In this document: positions 26,901 to 35,018 of the stretch, in pieces
Layout: every line of letters starts with the position of its first letter
How positions within the stretch are numbered: the first letter of the stretch is position 1
NCBI GenBank assembly: GCA_001856825.1
Contig: ATMD01000004.1
Span: 426,568 to 490,567 of the forward strand
DNA from: Thermoplasmatales archaeon I-plasma
GTDB lineage: Archaea > Thermoplasmatota > Thermoplasmata > Thermoplasmatales > GCA-001856825
Reading direction: 5' to 3'
Length of the DNA stretch: 64,000 nucleotides
Notes under the pieces: model-generated
Database searches by the model: none
What the model saw: only the letters and a program-made list of their open reading frames with translations
What the model was told of the DNA's origin: nothing
Translations under genes and position numbers: made by a program

Positions 26901-27995
26901 GTGCTTACCCTTGTCCGTTATTCAGAAATTGGTACAAAGGGAGACAACAGGAACTACTTCGAGGAACTGTTATCAAGGAACATTATGGCTAAACTAAACG
27001 AGAGTTCCATCAAGGGAAATGTGAGGACCGAGGAATCAAGATTGATAGTTGAGACGGAAGATAGGGTGGATCACATTCTGTCGAAGGTGTTCGGTATTTC
27101 GTCATTCTCCGTGGTTGAAAAGGTCAACTCGAGTGTGGAGGAGATAGAGAACAAGATATCCCAGATAGAAGTGAAAGGGAAGTTCAGAATCACTGTGAAC
27201 AGGAGGGACAAGAATTTTCCGATGACTTCCCAGCAGTTTTCAGCCAGACTGGGGGAGATTATTTTGAATCTTAATCCGGACGCCAGGGTTGATCTCTTCA
27301 ATTTCGACAAGAATATTGGGGTTGATATTGGCTCCAGATTCTCCTACATATATGATGAAACTACGCAGGGCGTCGGTGGGATGCCGGTGCGGTCCCAAGG
27401 GAAGGGAGTAGCACTTATATCTGCAGGTATAGACTCGCCTGTGGCCGCCTATATGATGCTGAAGAGAGGGATGGAACTGAATCTCATACATTATTTCCAG
27501 AGTTCAAGAACACTGGAAAAGGTGTTCAGAAACAAGGAACTTCTTGAGCAGTATTCACCATATCCTATTGAAATCAAGATAATGGATCACAGGAAGATGA
27601 TTGGGAAGACTGTGATGGAACTGAGGAAAAACAACGAGCAGAGATGGACCTGCATCTTCTGCAAGAGGGAAATGTACAGGGAAGGGGAAAAATATGCAAG
27701 GGAAATTGGAGGGAAAGCCATCATAACTGGGGAAGACCTTGGACAGGTAGCTAGTCAAACACTGGACAATCTGAATACGATAGAGGAGAAAGTCAATATA
27801 CCTGTATTTAGGCCACTTATAGGTTTTGACAAGATAGAGATAGAGCGGCTTTCCGAAAAAATAGGCGCATTCGACATATTCCTGTCAGATACCTCATCCT
27901 GCGACTGTTACTTCCTTCCTCCCAGGCCCAGAACAAAGAGCAGCCCGGAGGAGATGGAGGAAGTGGAACTGAAGATTCTCGGTAGATCTGGATGA
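26901..27995 (+). CDS. thiI: tRNA 4-thiouridine synthase ThiI (THUMP + PP-loop, no rhodanese domain)
   Basis: The N-terminus is (GTG)LTLVRYSEIGTKG. The PP-loop is ALISAGIDSPVAAY. The CxxC motif TCIFCK and a later SSCDC match the archaeal-type ThiI. Confidence 0.9.
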   Translation: MLTLVRYSEIGTKGDNRNYFEELLSRNIMAKLNESSIKGNVRTEESRLIVETEDRVDHILSKVFGISSFSVVEKVNSSVEEIENKISQIEVKGKFRITVNRRDKNFPMTSQQFSARLGEIILNLNPDARVDLFNFDKNIGVDIGSRFSYIYDETTQGVGGMPVRSQGKGVALISAGIDSPVAAYMMLKRGMELNLIHYFQSSRTLEKVFRNKELLEQYSPYPIEIKIMDHRKMIGKTVMELRKNNEQRWTCIFCKREMYREGEKYAREIGGKAIITGEDLGQVASQTLDNLNTIEEKVNIPVFRPLIGFDKIEIERLSEKIGAFDIFLSDTSSCDCYFLPPRPRTKSSPEEMEEVELKILGRSG

Positions 27996-28906
27996 TATCC
28001 TCAATTAGGTTGTACTTCCTAGGAACCGGAGGATCGTGGCCCACACCTCAGAGAAACACTTTAAGCATAGGGATCAGGGTTGATGATGAGGGACTCCTTT
28101 TTGACTGTGGAGAAGGGACCCAGACATCTCTGATGAAAAGTTCGCTTTCACTTATGAAGATCAAGAGGATATTCATCACCCATTTTCACGGAGACCACTT
28201 TCTGGGGCTTCCTGGATTGATCCAGACCATGAGTTTCTATGGAAGGACGGAACCGCTGGAGATTTATGGACCGATAGGTGCTTCATCTGTTCTTGGGAAT
28301 CTGCTTTCCATAGGATATTACAGCCTGAACTTTGAGATAAGGATAGAAGAGCTGAAGGGCAATGGATCAATCAATTTTGGGGATTATTCAATATCATATG
28401 CGAAGGCAAACCACACAATCCCTGCACTATCCTACTCCCTCACGGAAAGGGAATACTCCAAGCTGGAAGAATCAAAGATAAAGGAGATGGGAGTACCTAG
28501 GCACTTGCTCGAGAAAATAAGGAAGGAAGGGTCCGTGCAGGTAAATGGGAGGACCATAAGTTTAGAAGACATTTCTGCTGGGGTAAGAAAGGGAAGGAAA
28601 GTATCTTATTCAGGGGATACCCGGAGGGACCAGAGCCTCCTAGAACTCTTCAGGAATTCGACCGTCCTGATCCATGAATCAACTGGGGAAAAGAGCAACG
28701 AGAGCAAGGTAATTTCTTACGGGCATTCAACTGGGAATGATGCAGGGATACAGGCAAGGGACTCTAATTCGAGGAAACTCATTCTGATTCATTTCAGTCC
28801 CAGATACAACGACATCAAGCCAATTCTGGAAGAGGCAAGAAGTGTATTTCAGAACGTAACTGCAGCAGAAGAACTGATGGAACTGGAAGTAGGTATCAAT
28901 GATTGA
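27992..28906 (+). CDS. rnz: Ribonuclease Z (tRNA 3' endonuclease)
   Basis: FLGTGGS.P, ITHFHGDH (metallo-beta-lactamase HxHxDH), and C-terminal ILIHFSPRY. 4-nt overlap with thiI. Confidence 0.9.
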   Translation: MISSIRLYFLGTGGSWPTPQRNTLSIGIRVDDEGLLFDCGEGTQTSLMKSSLSLMKIKRIFITHFHGDHFLGLPGLIQTMSFYGRTEPLEIYGPIGASSVLGNLLSIGYYSLNFEIRIEELKGNGSINFGDYSISYAKANHTIPALSYSLTEREYSKLEESKIKEMGVPRHLLEKIRKEGSVQVNGRTISLEDISAGVRKGRKVSYSGDTRRDQSLLELFRNSTVLIHESTGEKSNESKVISYGHSTGNDAGIQARDSNSRKLILIHFSPRYNDIKPILEEARSVFQNVTAAEELMELEVGIND

Positions 28907-29783
28907 CTTCCCGGATATATATGGCGAATTCTACAGATTGCTGGAACAGATACCAGAGGGATACGTGTCAACTTATGGGGACATGGCAATACAGCTTGGC
29001 GACATAGCTTCCTCCAGGGCAGTTGGAGTGATGCTTTCTGAAAACGAATCCCCTGACAAATATCCGTGCTACAGGGTGGTGATGTCAGATGGAACCCTTG
29101 GAGGTTTCACAAGCCCCAATGGGATCGAAGAGAAGATAAGACGGCTAAGGAAGGACGGAATTCGAATATCAGGCGGTAAGGTGGAAAATTTCGAAAGTGT
29201 CAGGTTCAGGGATTTCAGATCTAAATTCCCCCTCAGAAAGTTCAGGGAGGACGCAGCGAAGCTTGATATTAACAGGAAAGTTAGCCATTCAGGCGACCTT
29301 AGAGCACTTGACATCTCGTATTTAGGGAGAACAGGAATTGGGGTAGCTGTTGACTTTGAAGGTGATTTAACTTTCGAGGTTACGGTGAAGACTGTCAAAT
29401 CCCCTTACATACCAAACTACCTCTATCTTCGCGAAGGGGAAATATATGAAGCCCTGGTTAAAAGAGATGCAATTAATATTATAGATGGGAACGGAATCAT
29501 TCATAGGGATGGCAGAGGTGTTGCTACACTAGTTGGTGCATCCAAGATGGTGGCCACCGCAGGACTGGCAAAGAGTCTACTTTTGGGAGAAGAAAGAGGC
29601 AGGGGTGTATTCCTCGGTTCAAAGAAGATTGGAGAAAAGGTTGGAAGATATTACATATCCAAGGGGTTCGGAATGGATTTGGAAGAGTGCGTTGATGCAA
29701 TCGCACATGAACAGCATTTCCCCCAGACAAAGTATCCAGACAGGCTGTCGAGGCGATACCGAGATGAAATATTGGCTTCTTAA
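28899..29783 (+). CDS. Fusion protein: AGT/MGMT-type DNA-binding/active-site domain (PCYR variant) + endonuclease V
   Basis: Residues 1-95: IPEGYVSTYGDMAIQLG...SRAVGVML..N.....PCYRVV..DG.LGGF (Cys57 at nt 29067-29069; the canonical motif is PCHR). Residues ~130-294 carry EndoV landmarks: ALDISY (Asp), SPYIPNYLYLREGE and IIDGNGIIHRDGRGVATLVG. Confidence 0.85.
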   Translation: MIDFPDIYGEFYRLLEQIPEGYVSTYGDMAIQLGDIASSRAVGVMLSENESPDKYPCYRVVMSDGTLGGFTSPNGIEEKIRRLRKDGIRISGGKVENFESVRFRDFRSKFPLRKFREDAAKLDINRKVSHSGDLRALDISYLGRTGIGVAVDFEGDLTFEVTVKTVKSPYIPNYLYLREGEIYEALVKRDAINIIDGNGIIHRDGRGVATLVGASKMVATAGLAKSLLLGEERGRGVFLGSKKIGEKVGRYYISKGFGMDLEECVDAIAHEQHFPQTKYPDRLSRRYRDEILAS

Positions 29784-30534
29784 AATTGCTTATGACGATT
29801 CATTTTTCGGCTTTCAGAATCAACCTAACGTCAGGACGGTTCAAGGCGAGATTCTTCATGCCCTTTCCCCCATTGGTGTAAAAAAGGTATACGGTTCTTC
29901 AAGAACGGATTCCCACGTCAGGTCTGCTTCATCCATAATTGAGGTTGAACATGAGGACGGTCGAAAGGTCTGCAAGATAGTTGATTCCATAAAGGGGATT
30001 GCCGTCCTGGGCTACTTTGAATCTAATGAGTTCATAAATCTCAGGAGAGGTCTTTCCAAGGAATACCTCTATTACTGCGACAGGAAACTCGATAGAAGAA
30101 GCCTCAAGAGGGCGATTAGGGAGTTCATGAAAGGCGGAATGGAATATTTCTCCAAGGACCCTGCCAAGAAGGTCATTTTGTCCAGGATAATTTTCTCAAT
30201 AAGGGATTCCTACACAATTTTCATGTTTGAGGGCAAATCCTTTTCCTGGAACTTTGTAAGAATCGCCGCTGAATCGATATCAAGGAGGGCTGAAGGAAAG
30301 ATATCTGATAATGACTGGAGTGACATGTTATCGGGAAGGAAAAGGACGATCTACAGGGGTGATCCACACAACCTGATCCTTTACAGGACCATAGCACCAT
30401 TTGAATTCGTTAGTTACCATTCGAAAAACATCGTCCCCTTGAAGTCAAGAATCTTCCAGGATTTCTTCTGGCTCTATGGTGTGTGTGATAGCCCAACCGA
30501 CATCACGGACATACCAGATTTCGTCGAAAAATAA
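29764..30534 (+). CDS. truA: tRNA pseudouridine synthase A (TruA/Pus1 family)
   Basis: Starts at internal ATG 29764 (MKYWLLKIAYDDSFFGFQNQP...). The catalytic Asp lies in GSSRTDSHVRS. The 77 codons upstream in the track ORF overlap the EndoV gene and look like non-coding read-through. Confidence 0.8.
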   Translation: MKYWLLKIAYDDSFFGFQNQPNVRTVQGEILHALSPIGVKKVYGSSRTDSHVRSASSIIEVEHEDGRKVCKIVDSIKGIAVLGYFESNEFINLRRGLSKEYLYYCDRKLDRRSLKRAIREFMKGGMEYFSKDPAKKVILSRIIFSIRDSYTIFMFEGKSFSWNFVRIAAESISRRAEGKISDNDWSDMLSGRKRTIYRGDPHNLILYRTIAPFEFVSYHSKNIVPLKSRIFQDFFWLYGVCDSPTDITDIPDFVEK

Positions 30535-30555
30535 TTTGCTGATTTGTATCATGTT

Positions 30556-31170
30556 TCACTTTGACAGTAAAGCGAGGTCGTCCGCGAGATTCCTAAGCTT
30601 TAACCCCTTTTCCTTTGCAAAATCTGCTGCTGCATCAGACCAGTCATAGTTGTCAACGAGTATCAATGGGTTTCTCCTGACCTTCGGCCACACTGTTTTC
30701 AGTTCGAACATCACATTCTGGTAGGTGTGGTCAGAATCGTGAAAGAAGACGTCCAGCTTCTTCATGGATTCCAGGACAGATTCCAGTTTTTCTGATGACG
30801 TTCCTTTCACATGTTCTAGGCGTGATCTGAGAGTTGAAGGTATGACGAAACCAACTTCCCTGTCCCCTTTCCCATATGGGATACCTGGGTCTATGCTGAC
30901 CAATCTGCCTTTATTTCCCATAGCTGAAAGGATGCTTGTGGTTGAAACCCCCGGACCCATTCCGGTCTCTACTACCGTCTCAGGTTCTCTGTGCCTTATA
31001 ATAGAGTAAATTGATCTCACTTCGTCCTTCGATATTTGCCAGTAACGTCCACTCTTCAGAACACTTCTTTCGTAATTTACTACTTCATTGCTATCCTTCA
31101 GGAACTTCCTTACCTGCAATACGGGAACCCCATTTGTCTCGAAGTAATCCCAGAAATCATCGTTAAGCAT
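30556..31170 (-). CDS. Class I SAM-dependent methyltransferase (Methyltransf_24/CmcI-like)
   Basis: VVETGMGPGVSTTSIL (SAM motif I), LVSIDP, and FHDSDHTY typical of this O-methyltransferase-like group. Confidence 0.7.
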   Translation of the reverse strand: MLNDDFWDYFETNGVPVLQVRKFLKDSNEVVNYERSVLKSGRYWQISKDEVRSIYSIIRHREPETVVETGMGPGVSTTSILSAMGNKGRLVSIDPGIPYGKGDREVGFVIPSTLRSRLEHVKGTSSEKLESVLESMKKLDVFFHDSDHTYQNVMFELKTVWPKVRRNPLILVDNYDWSDAAADFAKEKGLKLRNLADDLALLSK

Positions 31171-31367
31171 TACTTTCCCTTAAAAAGCTGCTATTTAACC
31201 TTTTCATCAATAAGATTGCATATTGCGACCTCAGAGCAACCGCCCTCATTTTCTCGGTAACTTAAAGGAAAATCAACCTCATCACTCCATTGACATTTCT
31301 TGTTTAATTGACTGACTTTCGACATTTGCAGAGATAACCTTTTAATGAATTTCCTGATATATTACAG

Positions 31368-32726
31368 ATGAAAATTTGTGTCAACAGCCAGACTCCAGTA
31401 GTGAGATTTAAACTGAATTATGAGGACCTGCTGGAGAAATATGGCGATCTTTCAGATCCGCTTGACATACAGAGTCTGGAAGAGGGGATAGATTATGAGT
31501 ACACTCCTGGAGGTGTCACTAACATGCTATATCCTGCAGTCAACAGCATGTTGGGAGACGGATTTCTGGAGAAGGTAGTTTGGGTATCCCTTGGAATCAA
31601 TTACCCGCCTAGGCTATCAATAGGAAACCTGATGGTTTCTCACGTGGAAGTGGATGAGAAGGTTCTTAAGAATTACACTATGTTCAAGGAAGGACTGTGG
31701 GCAGAGATACACGGTGTAGGCAAAGTGAGATACACCCAGGAAGAATTCAATGCATATGCAACTTACAACTGGGAAAATGCGAAGAGGATGTTCCAGTATA
31801 TCAGGGATATAGACCTATTTTATGTGCAGGATTTTCAGCTACTCATGACAGGAACGCTAATTGGACCTTCTGCACCGGCGGTACTCAGATGGCATATCCC
31901 CTTCGTACCCGAGAAGATGGGAACATTCGCCAGGAGAATAGTTGTGAAAGGAATGGAAAGCTTCGATGCAGTTGTTGTAAGCACTAGAAGGGACCTGGAA
32001 GGCCTGATTAAGTCTGATTACAGAGGGAGGGCCTACCAGCTTTATCCGTACATTGACCCGAAGGAATGGGAAACCCCGCCAAATTCTACTGAAGTCGAAA
32101 AGTTAAGGGAAAAAATAGACCTGAAGGCTGACGAGAAACTCGTGGTTATAGTTGCCAGAATGGATAGGATCAAGTCTCAGGACATAGGAATTAAGGCTTT
32201 TGCACTGGCTGCAAAAAAGGAGAAACTGAAACTGGCATTGATAGGTAATGGAAGTTTTTCTTCTTCATCGAAAGGCGGACTTGGATTCGGGAAGGGGAGG
32301 ATGTGGAGAACCGAGCTTGAAAAGCTTGTAAAGGACTTGGGTCTAGAGGGAAAGGTTGCGTTCCTAGGCCATTCGTCGAAGGAGGAGCTGAAAGCAGCAT
32401 ATCATCTATCATCAGTGGTTTTACTCACCTCCAATCTTGAGGGATTTGGAATAACTGTTCTGGAAGGTTGGACCAACAGAAAACCTGTAGTCGTGAGCAG
32501 TGGATGCGGGGTAAGTGAGCTCGTCGTCAATGATTCCAACGGTTACGTATTTCAGGCTGGAGATTTCGAGACTGCAGCTGAGATGATACTGAAATCAGTT
32601 GGAAGCGCTTCAGATAGATTGGGTGAATACGGTTACGAGAGCTCAAAGCAGTGCTTCCTAAATGTTGCTGTAGAGCGTGAAAAGAAGATATTCGAAGAGG
32701 TAGGAAAGGAGTTTAAGCTCGATTAG
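31368..32726 (+). CDS. GT-B glycosyltransferase, trehalose(-phosphate)/sucrose-synthase-like
   Basis: The C-terminal half has the GT4-type E-x7-E motif (SNLEGFGITVLEGW). The N-terminal half (FYVQDFQLLMTG...LRWHIPFVPE) resembles the D(Y/F)hL...HIPFP block of trehalose-6-P synthase-like enzymes. Substrate not determinable. Confidence 0.7.
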   Translation: MKICVNSQTPVVRFKLNYEDLLEKYGDLSDPLDIQSLEEGIDYEYTPGGVTNMLYPAVNSMLGDGFLEKVVWVSLGINYPPRLSIGNLMVSHVEVDEKVLKNYTMFKEGLWAEIHGVGKVRYTQEEFNAYATYNWENAKRMFQYIRDIDLFYVQDFQLLMTGTLIGPSAPAVLRWHIPFVPEKMGTFARRIVVKGMESFDAVVVSTRRDLEGLIKSDYRGRAYQLYPYIDPKEWETPPNSTEVEKLREKIDLKADEKLVVIVARMDRIKSQDIGIKAFALAAKKEKLKLALIGNGSFSSSSKGGLGFGKGRMWRTELEKLVKDLGLEGKVAFLGHSSKEELKAAYHLSSVVLLTSNLEGFGITVLEGWTNRKPVVVSSGCGVSELVVNDSNGYVFQAGDFETAAEMILKSVGSASDRLGEYGYESSKQCFLNVAVEREKKIFEEVGKEFKLD

Positions 32727-32764
32727 GGCAGAGGGGCCCGATGTACTTCCCTGTTATGGGCAGT

Positions 32765-33928
32765 TCACTCCAGTGAAGCTTTGAGATCCTCAACAAGGTC
32801 TTCCTTGTCTTCTATACCAACTGACATCCTGACCAAACCATCGGAGATTCCTGATTCCTTCCTTTCAGATGGAGTGAGATTGGAATGCGAGGTCTCTGCA
32901 GGCAAAGTGAAAAGCGATTCAACTCCACCGAGGCTTGGGGCATACGAGAATATCTTCAGCTTCCTTGACATCCTCTTTGCGGCATCGAGCCCACCAACAA
33001 GCTCAAATGAGACCATTCCGCCAAATCCCTTCAGGTTCTTTCTAGCGATATTGTAGTAGGGACTCGTATCCAGACCCGGATAGAACACTTTTTCCACTTT
33101 TCTATGCTCAGAAAGGAACCTTGCAACCTCCATTCCATTCTCATTATGCGCCTTCATTCTCAGTCCCAGTGTCTTCAACCCTCTCAGTCCAAGGTAAGCC
33201 TGAATCGGATCTGGAGAGGCACCCAGAAGTCTCCTCTTTGCCCATACTGATTCCATACTGCTCCTTCCGAAACCAGCGAGCCCTAGAAGAATGTCGCTAT
33301 GCCCCCCTATGTATTTTGTTCCACTGTGCAAGGTGAAAGCAGCACCGAGTTTTGATGGATTCTGATTGAATGGGGACGCAAATGTTGCGTCTACGATCAG
33401 AGGAACTCCTTCCTCTTCCGCCCTTTTTCCTAGCAGTCCAACATCACTAACACCCAGGCTTGGGTTAACGATGGATTCAGTGTAAATAACAGAAAATTTC
33501 TTCAGATCAATCGCTCCTGTGTTGAGATCATCCAGTTTTGCCAGTTGAACTTCTATTCCCATGGACGATAAAAATCTTGTAAAAAATATGAAGGTCTCAC
33601 CGTATAACTCCTTAACTGAAATCAATCTGTCACCCTTTTTGACGAGGGAGAGAACTGTAGAAGTGATTGCACCCATTCCAGTGGAGAAAGAGAGAGCTTC
33701 TTCAACCTCATCAAGAGATGCATATTTTTTCTCGAGAGCCTCTAGCGTTGGGTTTCCCCATCTTGTATACATGAATGGCTTATTTCTTGTGTGATCTGAA
33801 TATGCATTTGGACTAGAGTTAGGATTATAAAATGTTGATGTCTCAAAAATTGGGGTAGTGACGTTCCCGACTTTTTCATCCCTGAACTCACCGGACTGAA
33901 CTGCCCTGGTGTTGAAACCTTCCTTCAT
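32765..33928 (-). CDS. Cys/Met-metabolism PLP-dependent enzyme (cystathionine gamma-synthase/lyase or O-acylhomoserine sulfhydrylase family)
   Basis: 387 aa. The PLP-lysine motif is HSGTKYIGGHSD. Also YTRWGNPT, and C-terminal VRMSVGIED. Confidence 0.9.
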   Translation of the reverse strand: MKEGFNTRAVQSGEFRDEKVGNVTTPIFETSTFYNPNSSPNAYSDHTRNKPFMYTRWGNPTLEALEKKYASLDEVEEALSFSTGMGAITSTVLSLVKKGDRLISVKELYGETFIFFTRFLSSMGIEVQLAKLDDLNTGAIDLKKFSVIYTESIVNPSLGVSDVGLLGKRAEEEGVPLIVDATFASPFNQNPSKLGAAFTLHSGTKYIGGHSDILLGLAGFGRSSMESVWAKRRLLGASPDPIQAYLGLRGLKTLGLRMKAHNENGMEVARFLSEHRKVEKVFYPGLDTSPYYNIARKNLKGFGGMVSFELVGGLDAAKRMSRKLKIFSYAPSLGGVESLFTLPAETSHSNLTPSERKESGISDGLVRMSVGIEDKEDLVEDLKASLE

Positions 33929-34100
33929 GTTTCATGGTACTTGAGACGTATATTTAATTGTGAACATTTGTTTCGTGCAGATAGATGTAGGAATGAATTG
34001 CGATTATAGTGCCCTCTACAGTTAATTAAGCGCTTCATTTCAGGAAGTGAATGTGTATGAAGAATAGAGCAGACCTAAATCATCCATCACTCCTTTCATC

Positions 34101-34580
34101 TTACATAAATGCAGCTGTGACCATCACGGTGAAAACTATCACTAATCCAACAAGATCAATGGCCATTAACCTCCTCAGGGTAGCCATCAGCTTTTCCATC
34201 TGGTCAAATGACGATTTTTTGTACGCGTTTTCTATTTTCCTGCTCAACGGGAGCAGGACAATTAGCCCGAATGCGTAAACAATCACCGCAATTATTATCC
34301 CCGTAAATATCAGCAGCCCCCACATACCATCTGTGTTCGGAACCCCTCCACCCGTGATACTAAGCAGGAGGAATGGGCCCATTGCAATCGTAAGGGTGCT
34401 GAATATGCCCATAAACATACCCACCCTAGGAATGAATTTGCCAATGAACTCATATGATGCTCCCCTTGACATACTCTTAAGAGATGGTTCCAACACCATT
34501 TCGATCATTAAAGCTCCACCTATCCAGCCTAATGCGAAGAATATGTGGAACCATGCGAATACTACAGCGATCGGAAACAC
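34101..34580 (-). CDS. Hypothetical integral membrane protein (4 TM)
   Basis: 159 aa with four clear hydrophobic spans. No family recognised. Confidence 0.6.
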   Translation of the reverse strand: MFPIAVVFAWFHIFFALGWIGGALMIEMVLEPSLKSMSRGASYEFIGKFIPRVGMFMGIFSTLTIAMGPFLLLSITGGGVPNTDGMWGLLIFTGIIIAVIVYAFGLIVLLPLSRKIENAYKKSSFDQMEKLMATLRRLMAIDLVGLVIVFTVMVTAAFM

Positions 34581-35018
34581 TTCTAATTCACCACCATCTG
34601 TACCCCTCAGCTAAATTGTCGGTCTTTGCTGACGATGCTATAGATTCAAATGCTCCGTGGTTAACTCTTGAACCAAAACCAGAAAGTTCATAGTAAAAAC
34701 CTTGAGCGTTGTGAATGGGCACTTTTATTCAAGCAACCTTTAATTAAATACTTTAGTTTTACGCTTATGTCGTAAAGCCACATTAGAAATATTGGTCAAT
34801 CTATTGAAAAAAGTGTCAATTCATGAAAAACGAAAACACATAGGAGACCTAAGGCCGGATGAATGTTCTAAGTGTCACATTATTGCCAGGCATTCAACCT
34901 TAAATCGTTCTGATTTCACTGGAGGAGAATTCATCTCTCAATCAAAACATTCTAGTCATTTCTTGATAGGAATTGCTGCCCGAAATTTCTACTTTAGGTC
35001 TTCATATGGGTTAAAGGG

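Noticed and set aside
29533-29763. 77-codon N-terminal extension of the truA ORF
   Set aside because: It overlaps the 3' part of the AGT-EndoV gene in another frame and has odd composition (W/R-rich). The TruA homology begins at the internal ATG 29764.
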